From assembly GCF_019247635.1 (NCBI RefSeq), contig NZ_JAFBAR010000104.1, forward strand, positions 37,777 through 101,776: a stretch of 64,000 bases of DNA. The letters are read 5' to 3'. A program made the position numbers and the translations under genes. The notes under the pieces were generated by a model, which made no database searches, was not told where the DNA came from, and saw nothing but the letters and a program-made list of their open reading frames with translations. Shown piece after piece: positions 28,984 to 37,079 of this stretch (positions within the stretch are counted from its first letter, which is position 1; each line of letters starts with the position of its first letter). This DNA comes from Mycobacterium sp. (GTDB taxonomy: Bacteria > Actinomycetota > Actinomycetes > Mycobacteriales > Mycobacteriaceae).

Positions 28984-29689
28984 TTCGCGCCAGCCGCTGG
29001 GTTGTCACCCGCAGTTGGCGATTGGTGCTGTCGATCAGGGCGACGACCTGCTCGGGCTGTAGGCGCCCGCACAGCCGGTCCCAGTGCACGGCCACCTCGT
29101 CGCCGACCGCCACATCGGGCACCGCGCTGTAGCCGTCGGCCCAGACGTCCAGCCGGCGCGCGCCGGGCGGCGACAAACCCAGCGCCTCCCCGTCCCAGGC
29201 AAGTCGCTGACACAGCACCTCGATGTCGTCACCATCGCGGGAAAGCACTGTCCCCCAGCTGATTCGGCAATGGTCCAGCACGCCCAGCGGGTGCTCGTCC
29301 ATACCGCGCCCCAAAAAGCGGGTCCACGGATACACCCCGAACACGTGGAAGCAGTGGTTGCCGGCCGCCTCGCAGGCCAACTCGTCGGTCAGATGCGACC
29401 AATAGTGACCGGCTTGCGGGCCGATGATGGCCAGCAGCTCGTCGAAGAACTTCTTTGGGTCCAGTTCGGCGCCGACACCACCGCCCAGCCAATATGATTC
29501 AACGAGACGGTAATCCAGTGGGTCAGCGATCCCGGTCAGCGCGGACAGCACCCGCAAATACGGCCATGCCCCGGAGAATCCCGTCGCCGCCCTCCGCACG
29601 TCGTCGACCGAGCCGTCGCGCAGCGTCGCTCCCAGAGGGGGACCGCAATAGCCCAAGGCGTTGGGGGCGTAGGCGTAGCGGGCGAACAT
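28961..29689 (-). CDS. Conserved hypothetical protein (I recall this family being annotated DUF6390 in actinobacterial hydrogenase clusters)
   Basis: The ORF runs from ATG at 29689 (MFARYAYAPNALGYCGPP...); an alternative GTG lies at 29725. The upstream part of the tracked 357-aa ORF overlaps hypD in another frame and is rejected. Confidence 0.55.
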   Translation of the reverse strand: MFARYAYAPNALGYCGPPLGATLRDGSVDDVRRAATGFSGAWPYLRVLSALTGIADPLDYRLVESYWLGGGVGAELDPKKFFDELLAIIGPQAGHYWSHLTDELACEAAGNHCFHVFGVYPWTRFLGRGMDEHPLGVLDHCRISWGTVLSRDGDDIEVLCQRLAWDGEALGLSPPGARRLDVWADGYSAVPDVAVGDEVAVHWDRLCGRLQPEQVVALIDSTNRQLRVTTQRLARSATPTPN

Positions 29690-29729
29690 CTCCGCGCCGG
29701 CGACGCCAAACGGGGTGGTGGACACGCTG

Positions 29730-30866
29730 CTAGCCCCGCCCGGAAGACCCCACCAGCTTGGCCGCCTCGCGGTGCATGCGGCCGAAGTTGTAATAGGCCG
29801 CACACGCCCCCTCGGGCGACACCATGCACGTCCCGATCGGGGTCTCCGGGGTGCAAGCCGTCCCGAAAACCTTGCATTCCCAAGGCTTGAGCACGCCCTT
29901 GAGCACCTCACCGCATTGGCAGGCCTTTGGGTCGGCGACCCGCACCCCTGGCAGCGCGAATCGCAGTTCGGCGTCGAACTCCGCGAAGTCGTCGTGCAGA
30001 CGCAACGCGCTCTGCGAAATGAAGCCCAGTCCACGCCATTCGAAGTGCGGGCGCAACGCGAACACCTTGCCCATCAGCGCCAAGGCCGCGGGGTTGCCCT
30101 GTTCGGGTACGACGCGCTTGTATTGGTTCTCCACCTCGCAGCGGCCTTCGCGGATCTGACGCAGCAGCATCGCGACCGAGGCCAGGATATCCAGCGGCTC
30201 GAAACCCGCCACCACCAATGGTTTTCGGTACACCTCCGGCACGAAGCGGTAGGGCCGGTTGCCCACCACGGTCGAGACGTGCCCGGGACCGATGAAGCCG
30301 GACAGGCGCAGGTCCGGCGACTCGAGGATGGCCTTGATCGGCGGCACGATCGTGACGTGGTTGCAGAACACACTGAAGTTGGGCAGCCCCAGATCCCTTG
30401 CCCGCACCAATGTCACGGCGGTCGACGGGGCGGTGGTCTCGAATCCGATGGCGAAGAACACCACCTGGCGATCCGGGTTGTCCGTGGCGATCTTCAGCGC
30501 GTCCAGCGGGGAGTAGACGAACCGCACGTCGGCGCCGCGCGCCTTTGCGTCCAGCAGGCTGCCGGACGAACCCGGCACGCGCATCATGTCGCCGAAGCAG
30601 GTGAAGATCACGCCCGGTTGGCTCGCCAGCCACATCGCGTCGTCGACGCGTCCCATTGGGATCACGCACACCGGACAGCCGGGGCCGTGCACGAGTTCGA
30701 CGTTGTCCGGCAACAGGTGTTCGATGCCGTGGCGGTAAATCGTGTGGGTGTGTCCGCCGCACACCTCCATGAACTTGAAATGGTCACCCTCGCCGGCCAA
30801 GTGCTCGATGGCGCCGAGCAGCTTGCGCGCCGCGGCCGGATCACGGAATTCTTCAACGAATTTCAT
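29730..30866 (-). CDS. hypD: Hydrogenase maturation protein HypD
   Basis: MKFVEEFRD, CGGHTH, GPGCPVCV and FETTAP are HypD signature motifs. Confidence 0.95.
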   Translation of the reverse strand: MKFVEEFRDPAAARKLLGAIEHLAGEGDHFKFMEVCGGHTHTIYRHGIEHLLPDNVELVHGPGCPVCVIPMGRVDDAMWLASQPGVIFTCFGDMMRVPGSSGSLLDAKARGADVRFVYSPLDALKIATDNPDRQVVFFAIGFETTAPSTAVTLVRARDLGLPNFSVFCNHVTIVPPIKAILESPDLRLSGFIGPGHVSTVVGNRPYRFVPEVYRKPLVVAGFEPLDILASVAMLLRQIREGRCEVENQYKRVVPEQGNPAALALMGKVFALRPHFEWRGLGFISQSALRLHDDFAEFDAELRFALPGVRVADPKACQCGEVLKGVLKPWECKVFGTACTPETPIGTCMVSPEGACAAYYNFGRMHREAAKLVGSSGRG

Positions 30867-30875
30867 TGCGGTTCC

Positions 30876-31148
30876 TCACACAATCGCCGACGAGTCGAAG
30901 GCTGCTATTTCGGTGGCATACGCATCACCGAGCTTCTTGATGGCCGCCAGCGTGAGCAACGCTTCGGTTTCGTCGATCTTGGCCATCGCGAAGCCGACGT
31001 GGACCAACACCCAGTCGTCGGGCTCGGGCATGTCGTTTTCCAGTAGGCGCACGCTGATGGTCCGCCGCACCCCGCTGACGTCGACCTTCGCCAGATAGTT
31101 TGCCGGGTCCGTGATCTCGACGATCCGGCCCGGAATGCCCAGGCACAT
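30876..31148 (-). CDS. hypC: HypC/HybG/HupF-family hydrogenase chaperone (paralogue 2, 90 aa)
   Basis: ATG at 31148 is preceded by GAAGGAGAAG. The N-terminal MCLGIPG carries the essential Cys2, and DWVLVHVGFA is present. Confidence 0.9.
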   Translation of the reverse strand: MCLGIPGRIVEITDPANYLAKVDVSGVRRTISVRLLENDMPEPDDWVLVHVGFAMAKIDETEALLTLAAIKKLGDAYATEIAAFDSSAIV

Positions 31149-31161
31149 GAGCTTCTCCTTC

Positions 31162-32274
31162 CTAACAGATCCGGGGCAGCGGATCGCCGACGAGCATGTC
31201 GACGATGCGGGTCCCGCCGAATCCGGTACGTAGCACGACGCTTTCGGCCGGCTCGGTGACGATCTCCCCAACTTCGGCGGCGTCGGCGCCCAACGGATGT
31301 GACCGCACCGCGGCCAGCCCCGCGTCGGCTTCCTCGGGCGCGACGACCGCCACGAATTTGCCCTCGTTGGCCACATACAACGGGTCGATACCGAGCAGCT
31401 CGCACGCGCCGTTGACCATGGGCCGCACCGGAAGTCGATCCTCGAAGAGCAGGACCCCGAGGCCGCAGGCCTGAGCCAGTTCGTTGCAGACCGTGCCCAC
31501 CCCGCCCCGGGTCGCGTCGCGCAGCCAACGGGTGGATGGCGCGGCCGCCATCAGGATTTCTACCAGCGGGCTCACCGACGCGGTGTCCGAATCGATGTCG
31601 GCCTCGATGGCAAGATCACCCCGGGCGAGCATGACGGCCATCCCGTGATCGCCCATGGTGCCGGACAGCAGTACCTTGTCCCCGGTGCGCACGGATTCGG
31701 CCGACAACCGCCGGCCCGCGGGTATGACGCCCGCGCCCGTGGTGGTGATGAACAATCCGTCGGCCGCGCCCCTGGGCACCACCTTGGTGTCGCCCGTGAC
31801 GATCTGCACGCCGGCCTTAGCGGCCGCGGTCGCCATGTCGGCGACGATCTCCTTCAGCTCGGCGATGGGGAAGCCTTCTTCGAGGACGAACGCCGCCGAG
31901 ATCCAGGACGGCACCGCGCCCGTCATCGCCAGGTCGTTGCACGTTCCGTGCACGGCGAGTTCCCCGATCGAGCCCCCGGGAAAACGCCTGGGCTGCACCA
32001 CAAATGAGTCGGTGGACATCGCGATCCGTTCGCCGCCCGGCAGGGTGAGCACCGCGCCGTCGCCGAGCGACTCCAGTTGTGGATTGCGGAACGCCTCCAG
32101 GAACACCGCATCGACCAGCGCGGCCGAGGCCTTGCCGCCCGCTCCGTGGGCGAGGGTGACATGGTCGTCCAGCAACCGAGGGCGCCGCCGGCGGAACGAC
32201 TCGATGCGCTCGATTACCTGACCCTCGCCGAAACGTGGCCCTGAGGAGAGGTATCCGTCTGCTGACTTGCTCAT
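31162..32274 (-). CDS. hypE: Hydrogenase maturation protein HypE (carbamoyl dehydratase)
   Basis: ATG at 32274 forms an ATGA overlap with the upstream stop. The AIR-synthase-like fold is indicated by LAHGAGG, and the C-terminal PRIC motif is present. Confidence 0.93.
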   Translation of the reverse strand: MSKSADGYLSSGPRFGEGQVIERIESFRRRRPRLLDDHVTLAHGAGGKASAALVDAVFLEAFRNPQLESLGDGAVLTLPGGERIAMSTDSFVVQPRRFPGGSIGELAVHGTCNDLAMTGAVPSWISAAFVLEEGFPIAELKEIVADMATAAAKAGVQIVTGDTKVVPRGAADGLFITTTGAGVIPAGRRLSAESVRTGDKVLLSGTMGDHGMAVMLARGDLAIEADIDSDTASVSPLVEILMAAAPSTRWLRDATRGGVGTVCNELAQACGLGVLLFEDRLPVRPMVNGACELLGIDPLYVANEGKFVAVVAPEEADAGLAAVRSHPLGADAAEVGEIVTEPAESVVLRTGFGGTRIVDMLVGDPLPRIC

Positions 32275-32939
32275 GCGGCCCCCATACCTCGCTCGCCGAG
32301 GTGCTCGTGCGTAGCCAACCACAGCCGATAACCCACCAGGGCTTGCGCTTCCTGGATCCGATGCACGCTTTGCGAGCGAACGACGAAGCAGGCGTCCACA
32401 TTCGGGTTGTCTACGAACGCGCCCCCGTCGTAGCCGGCAAAGCCGACCGTGTAGAGGCCGCGTCGCCGCGCCTCGGCCAGCGCCGTCAGCAGGTTGGGCG
32501 AGTTGCCACTGGTCGACATCGCGATGGCAATGTCCCCTTCTTTGGCGCGCGCGATCAACTGCCGGGCGAACACCAGCTCGAACCCGACGTCGTTGCCCAG
32601 CGCGGTGAGGATCGCCTGGTCGGCCGTCAGCGACCAGGCGGGTAAAGGCTTGCCAATCGGTGGCCGGGCGAACAGTCCCGCCAAGGTGGTGGAATCGGTG
32701 CTGCTGCCGCCATTTCCGAACGTGAACAGCCGTCCGCCGGCCGCGAAGCGGTGCGCCAGCTCGGCGCCGGCCGTCTGCAGCCGTTGGGCGTTGGCGTCCA
32801 GGGTGGAGCGGCGCAGCGCCAGGCTTTCGGCCGCCTTCGCCTGCGCGGACGCGGCCAAGTCGGCGAGCAGCGATTCAGCGTCGTCTTCCCGAGCGTCGAT
32901 GAACGGGTACAGGAAGTCGGTGGGCTCTTGCTGCGTCAC
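32271..32939 (-). CDS. SIS-domain (GmhA/phosphoheptose-isomerase-like) protein
   Basis: GTG at 32939 forms a GTGA overlap. FGNGGSSTDS, LGNDVGFE, AMSTSGNSPN and HRIQEAQ match the GmhA-type SIS pattern. Confidence 0.8.
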   Translation of the reverse strand: MTQQEPTDFLYPFIDAREDDAESLLADLAASAQAKAAESLALRRSTLDANAQRLQTAGAELAHRFAAGGRLFTFGNGGSSTDSTTLAGLFARPPIGKPLPAWSLTADQAILTALGNDVGFELVFARQLIARAKEGDIAIAMSTSGNSPNLLTALAEARRRGLYTVGFAGYDGGAFVDNPNVDACFVVRSQSVHRIQEAQALVGYRLWLATHEHLGERGMGAA

Positions 32940-33712
32940 TCGTCCTCCTCGACAACTCGGCTCGATGGCGCCGCTCCTGCGATCCCGGCGATGCCGGGAT
33001 CTTCGTCGTCGACGCGTGCGAGCGCCGTTCCGGCATGCACCAGCACCAGATCGCCGGACTTGACCGGCTCGATCAGCGTCGTCACCACGTTCTCGATGCC
33101 CCGTGCGGTCCGTATGGGGGCCAACCCGTCGACCGCGGGTGTCATCACCTCGCCCAGACGGCCCTCGTCGCTGCAGGTGACGCACACGGGTTCGGCACAT
33201 TCGGGTTTCAGCAACCCCGCGTGCTCGAAACAAACGTGCGTCAGCTCCCACAACAAGTGGTAGAACAACACGAAGCCACCGGTTGCTGGCACCTGCGGAT
33301 CTGGGTCGTCGAGCCACAGAACGTGTTCTGCCGCACCTGCTTTGGGGCGCTCGCCGCTGCCGATCCAGATCGTGGTGGCGCCCCAGGCCGGGCTGCGGCG
33401 CAGCACCGAGCGCACCTCGGGCTGGTCCGCCCCGGACACGGCGACGACAATGTCACCGGGCCGCACCGACACTCGTGCCAGATCCACCAGATCGGGCCCG
33501 GTAAGCGCAACCGCCGGCAGCGCCCGTTTGCCCATGATCACCGGATGCACGAACTCGACCGCGATGTGCAGCGCGTGCGGCTCCAACGACGGCGCGATGG
33601 ACCACATGGTGGCGCCCGCTGCGAATCGCCGAGCCAATGTGAAAGCAGCCGCGGCCAGGTCGGCCACCAGCTCGGCGCTCAATCCGCGATCGATCGCGTT
33701 CGCGGTGCTCAC
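32936..33712 (-). CDS. Fusion protein: degenerate SIS-like N-domain plus HypC/HupF-like C-domain
   Basis: GTG at 33712 forms a GTGA overlap with the hypF stop. The N-terminal part ([32 protein letters not shown]) is SIS-like but lacks the SGNS motif. The C-terminal part ([13 protein letters not shown]...[17 protein letters not shown]) resembles the HypC OB-fold. Confidence 0.6.
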   Translation of the reverse strand: MSTANAIDRGLSAELVADLAAAAFTLARRFAAGATMWSIAPSLEPHALHIAVEFVHPVIMGKRALPAVALTGPDLVDLARVSVRPGDIVVAVSGADQPEVRSVLRRSPAWGATTIWIGSGERPKAGAAEHVLWLDDPDPQVPATGGFVLFYHLLWELTHVCFEHAGLLKPECAEPVCVTCSDEGRLGEVMTPAVDGLAPIRTARGIENVVTTLIEPVKSGDLVLVHAGTALARVDDEDPGIAGIAGAAPSSRVVEEDE

Positions 33713-36198
33713 GAATGCTCCTCTTCGCATGCCCGCAGCATGGAGATGGCAGCCTGACCCAGCGCCAGACCGCCGTCGTTGGGTGGAACCACACAGTGGG
33801 TCAACACCTCGAACCCGGCCAACTGCAACCGCTTACGGCACGCTCGCAACAGCAGCACGTTCTGGAACACGCCACCGGTGAGCCCCACCAATCGCACCGA
33901 CCCGGCCACCTCGCTGACCACGTCGGCCACGGCTTGCGCGACCGCGTGATGGAAACCCGCCGCCAGCGCCGCCGGCTGCGCCCCGGCACGCAGCGCCGAG
34001 ACCACCGAGCGCACGACGGGCGACGGATCGATCACCCCGTCGGGGCGCACCGTGAAACTCAATGGCTCGGCAACGCGGGCCGATTCGGCCAGCACCTCGA
34101 GTTCAATAGCGGCCTGGCCTTCGTAGTCGATGCGGTGCCGAACTCCCAGTAGGGAAGCCAGCGCGTCGAACAGCCGCCCCATGCTCGAGCACGGGACGCA
34201 TCGTGCACCGCTGTCCAATTGCGAACGGACAAGCCGCAATTCCGCGGGTGTCACCGCCGCAACCGGCGCCAGGTCCGCCGACCAGTCGATGCCGGCCATC
34301 CAGAGTTGCGACAGCGCCATCCGCCACGGATTGCGCACCGCGGTGTCGCCTCCGGGCAGTGGCACCGGCAGCAGGTGGCCGGCGCGGACAAAGCGATGAC
34401 TATCGCGGCCCAGGGTGAGAACCTCGCCGCCCCAGATCGTCCCGTCGCAGCCGTAACCCGTCCCGTCGAAGGCGACGCCGACGATGGGTTCGCAGAGGCG
34501 CCCGTGCTCGGCCAGCAGCGATACCACATGCGCGTGGTGGTGCTGGACCAGATCCAGGGGGCGATCGCCGACATGGCGCTCCGCCCAGCCGCGGATGTGA
34601 TACCCCGGGTGCAGGTCGGCGGCCAATCGAACTGGTGTGCCGCGTATTTCGGTGAGCTGGCGCACGGCCTGTTCGAAGGCGCGCAGCGTTTCCCAGCTGC
34701 CCATGTCGCCGATGTGCCCCGACGTGTAGGCGCGCGAGCCGTCGGTGAGGCAGAAGGTGTTCTTCAGCTCGCCGCCCACGGCAAGCACAGCGGGGCCCGG
34801 CCGCGTGAGCTCGATCGGCAGCGGCGCATATCCGCGCGACCGGCGGACCGGTAAGGTGGCGCGGACCGGCACGGTGGCGCGAGCAGACGCAAAAGCACCC
34901 GACACGCCGTGCGTGCGGGTGCTTTTGCGTCTGCTCGCGGAATCAAAGTCGACCACGCGTACCACCGAGTCGTCACAGGGCACGTGGATGGGACGGTCAT
35001 GATCGAGGACCGCATCGCACAGCGCCGAAAGGCGTTCTGCCGCATCCTCGCTGGTAAAGCAAATGGGCTCGTCGGACCGGTTGGCGCTGGTCAGCACCAG
35101 CGCGTCGGGAACGTCGACGGCGCGAGCAGACGCGAAAGCACCCGACACGCCGTGCGTGCGGGTGCTTTCGCGTCTGCTCGCGGCCGTATCGGAGACGCGC
35201 GCCAGCAGCAGGTGATGGACGGGGGAGTAGGGCAGCATGAGCCCCAGCAGCGGGCTGCCCGGCGCGACGGCGTCGGCGACGGGCGCGTCCGGGCGTCGGC
35301 GCAGCAACACGATCGGCCGGGCCGGGTCGGACAGCACCGCGGCCTCGGTGTCGTCCAGATACGCGAAGCGGCGCGCCACATCGAGGTCGCGGACGAGCAC
35401 CGCGAACGGCTTGGCACCGCGCGCCTTTCGGGCCCGCAGCGCGCGAACCGCCGCTTCGTCGGCGACGGCACACGCCAGGTGGTACCCGCCGATCCCCTTG
35501 ATCGCGACGACGGACCCGGCCGTCAACGCTTGTTGGGCTGCGGCCAGCGCAGGATCGGATCCGGTGATCCGCCCGGCCGCCGACCGGAACCACAGCGACG
35601 GTCCGCAGTCCGGACAGGCGATCGGCTGGGCGTGGAACCGGCGGTCGGCCGGATCGTGGTATTCGGCGGCGCACCGCTCACACATGGCGAAGCCGGACAT
35701 GGTGGTGGCGGGACGGTCGTAAGGCAACGCGCGGATGATGGTGAAGCGCGGCCCACAGTTGGTGCACGTCACGAACGGGTGGCGGTAACGGCGGTCGTGG
35801 GGGTCGAACAACTCGGCGACGCAGGCGTCGCACACCGCTATGTCCGGGGGAATGGGTGTTGCGACCCCGGCGACGGCCTCACTGGCGACGATCCGGAACT
35901 CACCCTCATGCACGGTCGGGACATCGACGATGCGCACGCGGCTTATCCGCGCCAGCGGTGGGGCCTCGCCCCGCAGGCGATGCCCGAATTCCTCGACGCG
36001 TGCACCGTCCCCCTGGACCTCGAGAAAGACTGCGCCGGAATCGTTCCCGACGAACCCGGTCAAGCCCAACTCGCTGGCCATACGGTGGATGAACGGGCGA
36101 AACCCAACTCCCTGCACGACACCGGTCACCGTGAAACGCTGCCGAACGTCGTCGGACCGCACGGGCGGGGGGCTGGACTGGGTTATCTCAACGGTCAT
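33709..36198 (-). CDS. hypF: Carbamoyltransferase HypF, carrying two 20-codon in-frame repeat insertions
   Basis: An acylphosphatase domain (VQGVGFRPF) is present. There are two zinc-finger pairs ([12 protein letters not shown] and CERC..CPDCGP). YrdC-like and Kae1-like blocks are present ([26 protein letters not shown]). The 829-aa length includes the two insertions. Confidence 0.93.
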   Translation of the reverse strand: MTVEITQSSPPPVRSDDVRQRFTVTGVVQGVGFRPFIHRMASELGLTGFVGNDSGAVFLEVQGDGARVEEFGHRLRGEAPPLARISRVRIVDVPTVHEGEFRIVASEAVAGVATPIPPDIAVCDACVAELFDPHDRRYRHPFVTCTNCGPRFTIIRALPYDRPATTMSGFAMCERCAAEYHDPADRRFHAQPIACPDCGPSLWFRSAAGRITGSDPALAAAQQALTAGSVVAIKGIGGYHLACAVADEAAVRALRARKARGAKPFAVLVRDLDVARRFAYLDDTEAAVLSDPARPIVLLRRRPDAPVADAVAPGSPLLGLMLPYSPVHHLLLARVSDTAASRRESTRTHGVSGAFASARAVDVPDALVLTSANRSDEPICFTSEDAAERLSALCDAVLDHDRPIHVPCDDSVVRVVDFDSASRRKSTRTHGVSGAFASARATVPVRATLPVRRSRGYAPLPIELTRPGPAVLAVGGELKNTFCLTDGSRAYTSGHIGDMGSWETLRAFEQAVRQLTEIRGTPVRLAADLHPGYHIRGWAERHVGDRPLDLVQHHHAHVVSLLAEHGRLCEPIVGVAFDGTGYGCDGTIWGGEVLTLGRDSHRFVRAGHLLPVPLPGGDTAVRNPWRMALSQLWMAGIDWSADLAPVAAVTPAELRLVRSQLDSGARCVPCSSMGRLFDALASLLGVRHRIDYEGQAAIELEVLAESARVAEPLSFTVRPDGVIDPSPVVRSVVSALRAGAQPAALAAGFHHAVAQAVADVVSEVAGSVRLVGLTGGVFQNVLLLRACRKRLQLAGFEVLTHCVVPPNDGGLALGQAAISMLRACEEEHS
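34879..34938. repeat. Palindromic hairpin element, copy 3 (60 bp), inside hypF codons ~421-440
   Basis: GCGAGCAGACGCAAAAGCACCC GACACGCCGTGCGTG CGGGTGCTTTTGCGTCTGCTCGC. It is read through in frame as [20 protein letters not shown]. Confidence 0.92.
35122..35181. repeat. Palindromic hairpin element, copy 4 (60 bp), inside hypF codons ~340-359
   Basis: It is identical to copy 3 except for A>G in the left arm and the paired T>C in the right arm. It is read through as [20 protein letters not shown] and lies 243 bp (81 codons) from copy 3. Confidence 0.92.
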
Positions 36199-36199
36199 C

Positions 36200-36454
36200 T
36201 CAACCGTCTCCCGGATCCATGCGGCCCCGGCCCATTAGCTCCAGGCCGGCCAGCGCCTGCTCGGCCCCGTCCCGGTCGGTCTTCTCGACAACGAAACCCA
36301 TGTGGATGATCACCCAGTCGCCGGGTTCGAACGTCTCGTCCGGCAGCATGCCTACGTTGACCCTGCGCGGCTCGCCGGTGACCTCGACCAGAGCCAATTG
36401 CCCTTCGTAACCCTCCAGCATCCGGATCACTTGACCGGGTATGCCCAGGCACAT
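36200..36454 (-). CDS. hypC: HypC/HybG/HupF-family hydrogenase chaperone (paralogue 1, 84 aa)
   Basis: MCLGIPGQV and [10 protein letters not shown] are present. The stop lies 1 nt before the hypF ATG. Confidence 0.9.
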   Translation of the reverse strand: MCLGIPGQVIRMLEGYEGQLALVEVTGEPRRVNVGMLPDETFEPGDWVIIHMGFVVEKTDRDGAEQALAGLELMGRGRMDPGDG

Positions 36455-36457
36455 GAT

Positions 36458-36943
36458 TCAGCACTCCTCGCGCGCCGGAGCCTGCAACGCGGTGACGATC
36501 TCCTCGACCGCGCGCACGGCCCGGGGGATGGCGTTGGCGACGGGTTCGGTGAGACCGATGCCCTCCTCGACGCTTTTCGCCTCGCATCCGACGACGACCG
36601 TGTAGGGCGGGGTGCCGCCCAGCGCCCGCAGGCTGGCGAACACAGTTGCCGGGTCCATGCTGTGACCGTCCAGATCGGTTGTGCCAGAGTCTGATTCGTG
36701 ATCGGCTTGAAAGACATGCAAGGCGCCCGGGCTGCCGCGACTGGGTATCGCGTCGACGAGCACCAGCGTGTCCCAGCCATCGAGCAGATCGTAGGCCAGG
36801 TGCATGCCTCGGATGCCATAGTCGGTGACGCGCACACTCGAATCGTCCTGCGGGATCTCGGCGTGCCGGACCACCTCGGAGCCAAATCCGTCGTCCCCGA
36901 GGAAGATATTGCCGATCCCGGCCACCAAGATGCGAGCTGTCAT
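36458..36943 (-). CDS. Hydrogenase large-subunit C-terminal maturation endopeptidase (HybD/HupD family)
   Basis: I chose ATG at 36943. VAGIGNIFLGDDGFG is the GxGNxxxxDDGxG motif. LVLVDA is present, and HSMDP carries the metal-binding His. Confidence 0.88.
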   Translation of the reverse strand: MTARILVAGIGNIFLGDDGFGSEVVRHAEIPQDDSSVRVTDYGIRGMHLAYDLLDGWDTLVLVDAIPSRGSPGALHVFQADHESDSGTTDLDGHSMDPATVFASLRALGGTPPYTVVVGCEAKSVEEGIGLTEPVANAIPRAVRAVEEIVTALQAPAREEC

Positions 36944-36959
36944 GGCCCTGCCCGGCGGA

Positions 36960-37079
36960 CTACATCCGTCGGAGCTTGAGGTAGCGGCGCGCATCCGGCA
37001 GGGAAGCGACTCCCATCAGCACCGCTGCCCCGAGGACCAACGCGACGATGCCGATGAATATCCAACCTAAGATATCCAT
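36960..37079 (-). CDS. Small single-TM protein (39 aa), hypothetical
   Basis: ATG at 37079 is preceded by a strong GAAGGAG. MDILGWIFIGIVALVLGAAVLMGVASLPDARRYLKLRRM is one hydrophobic helix with a basic tail. It overlaps the upstream gene end by 13 nt. The rest of the tracked 258-aa ORF is rejected. Confidence 0.45.
   Translation of the reverse strand: MDILGWIFIGIVALVLGAAVLMGVASLPDARRYLKLRRM

Noticed and set aside
29715-31046. 443-aa ORF on the plus strand
   Set aside because: It is antisense to hypD and hypC. It has no motifs and shows an Arg/His/Gly-biased composition.
34879-35181. hypF insertions interpreted as inteins or as a frameshift/pseudogene
   Set aside because: Each insert is only 20 aa and has no intein splicing motifs. 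The frame is preserved (60 bp each), and all HypF domains are intact on both sides, so the gene is not disrupted.
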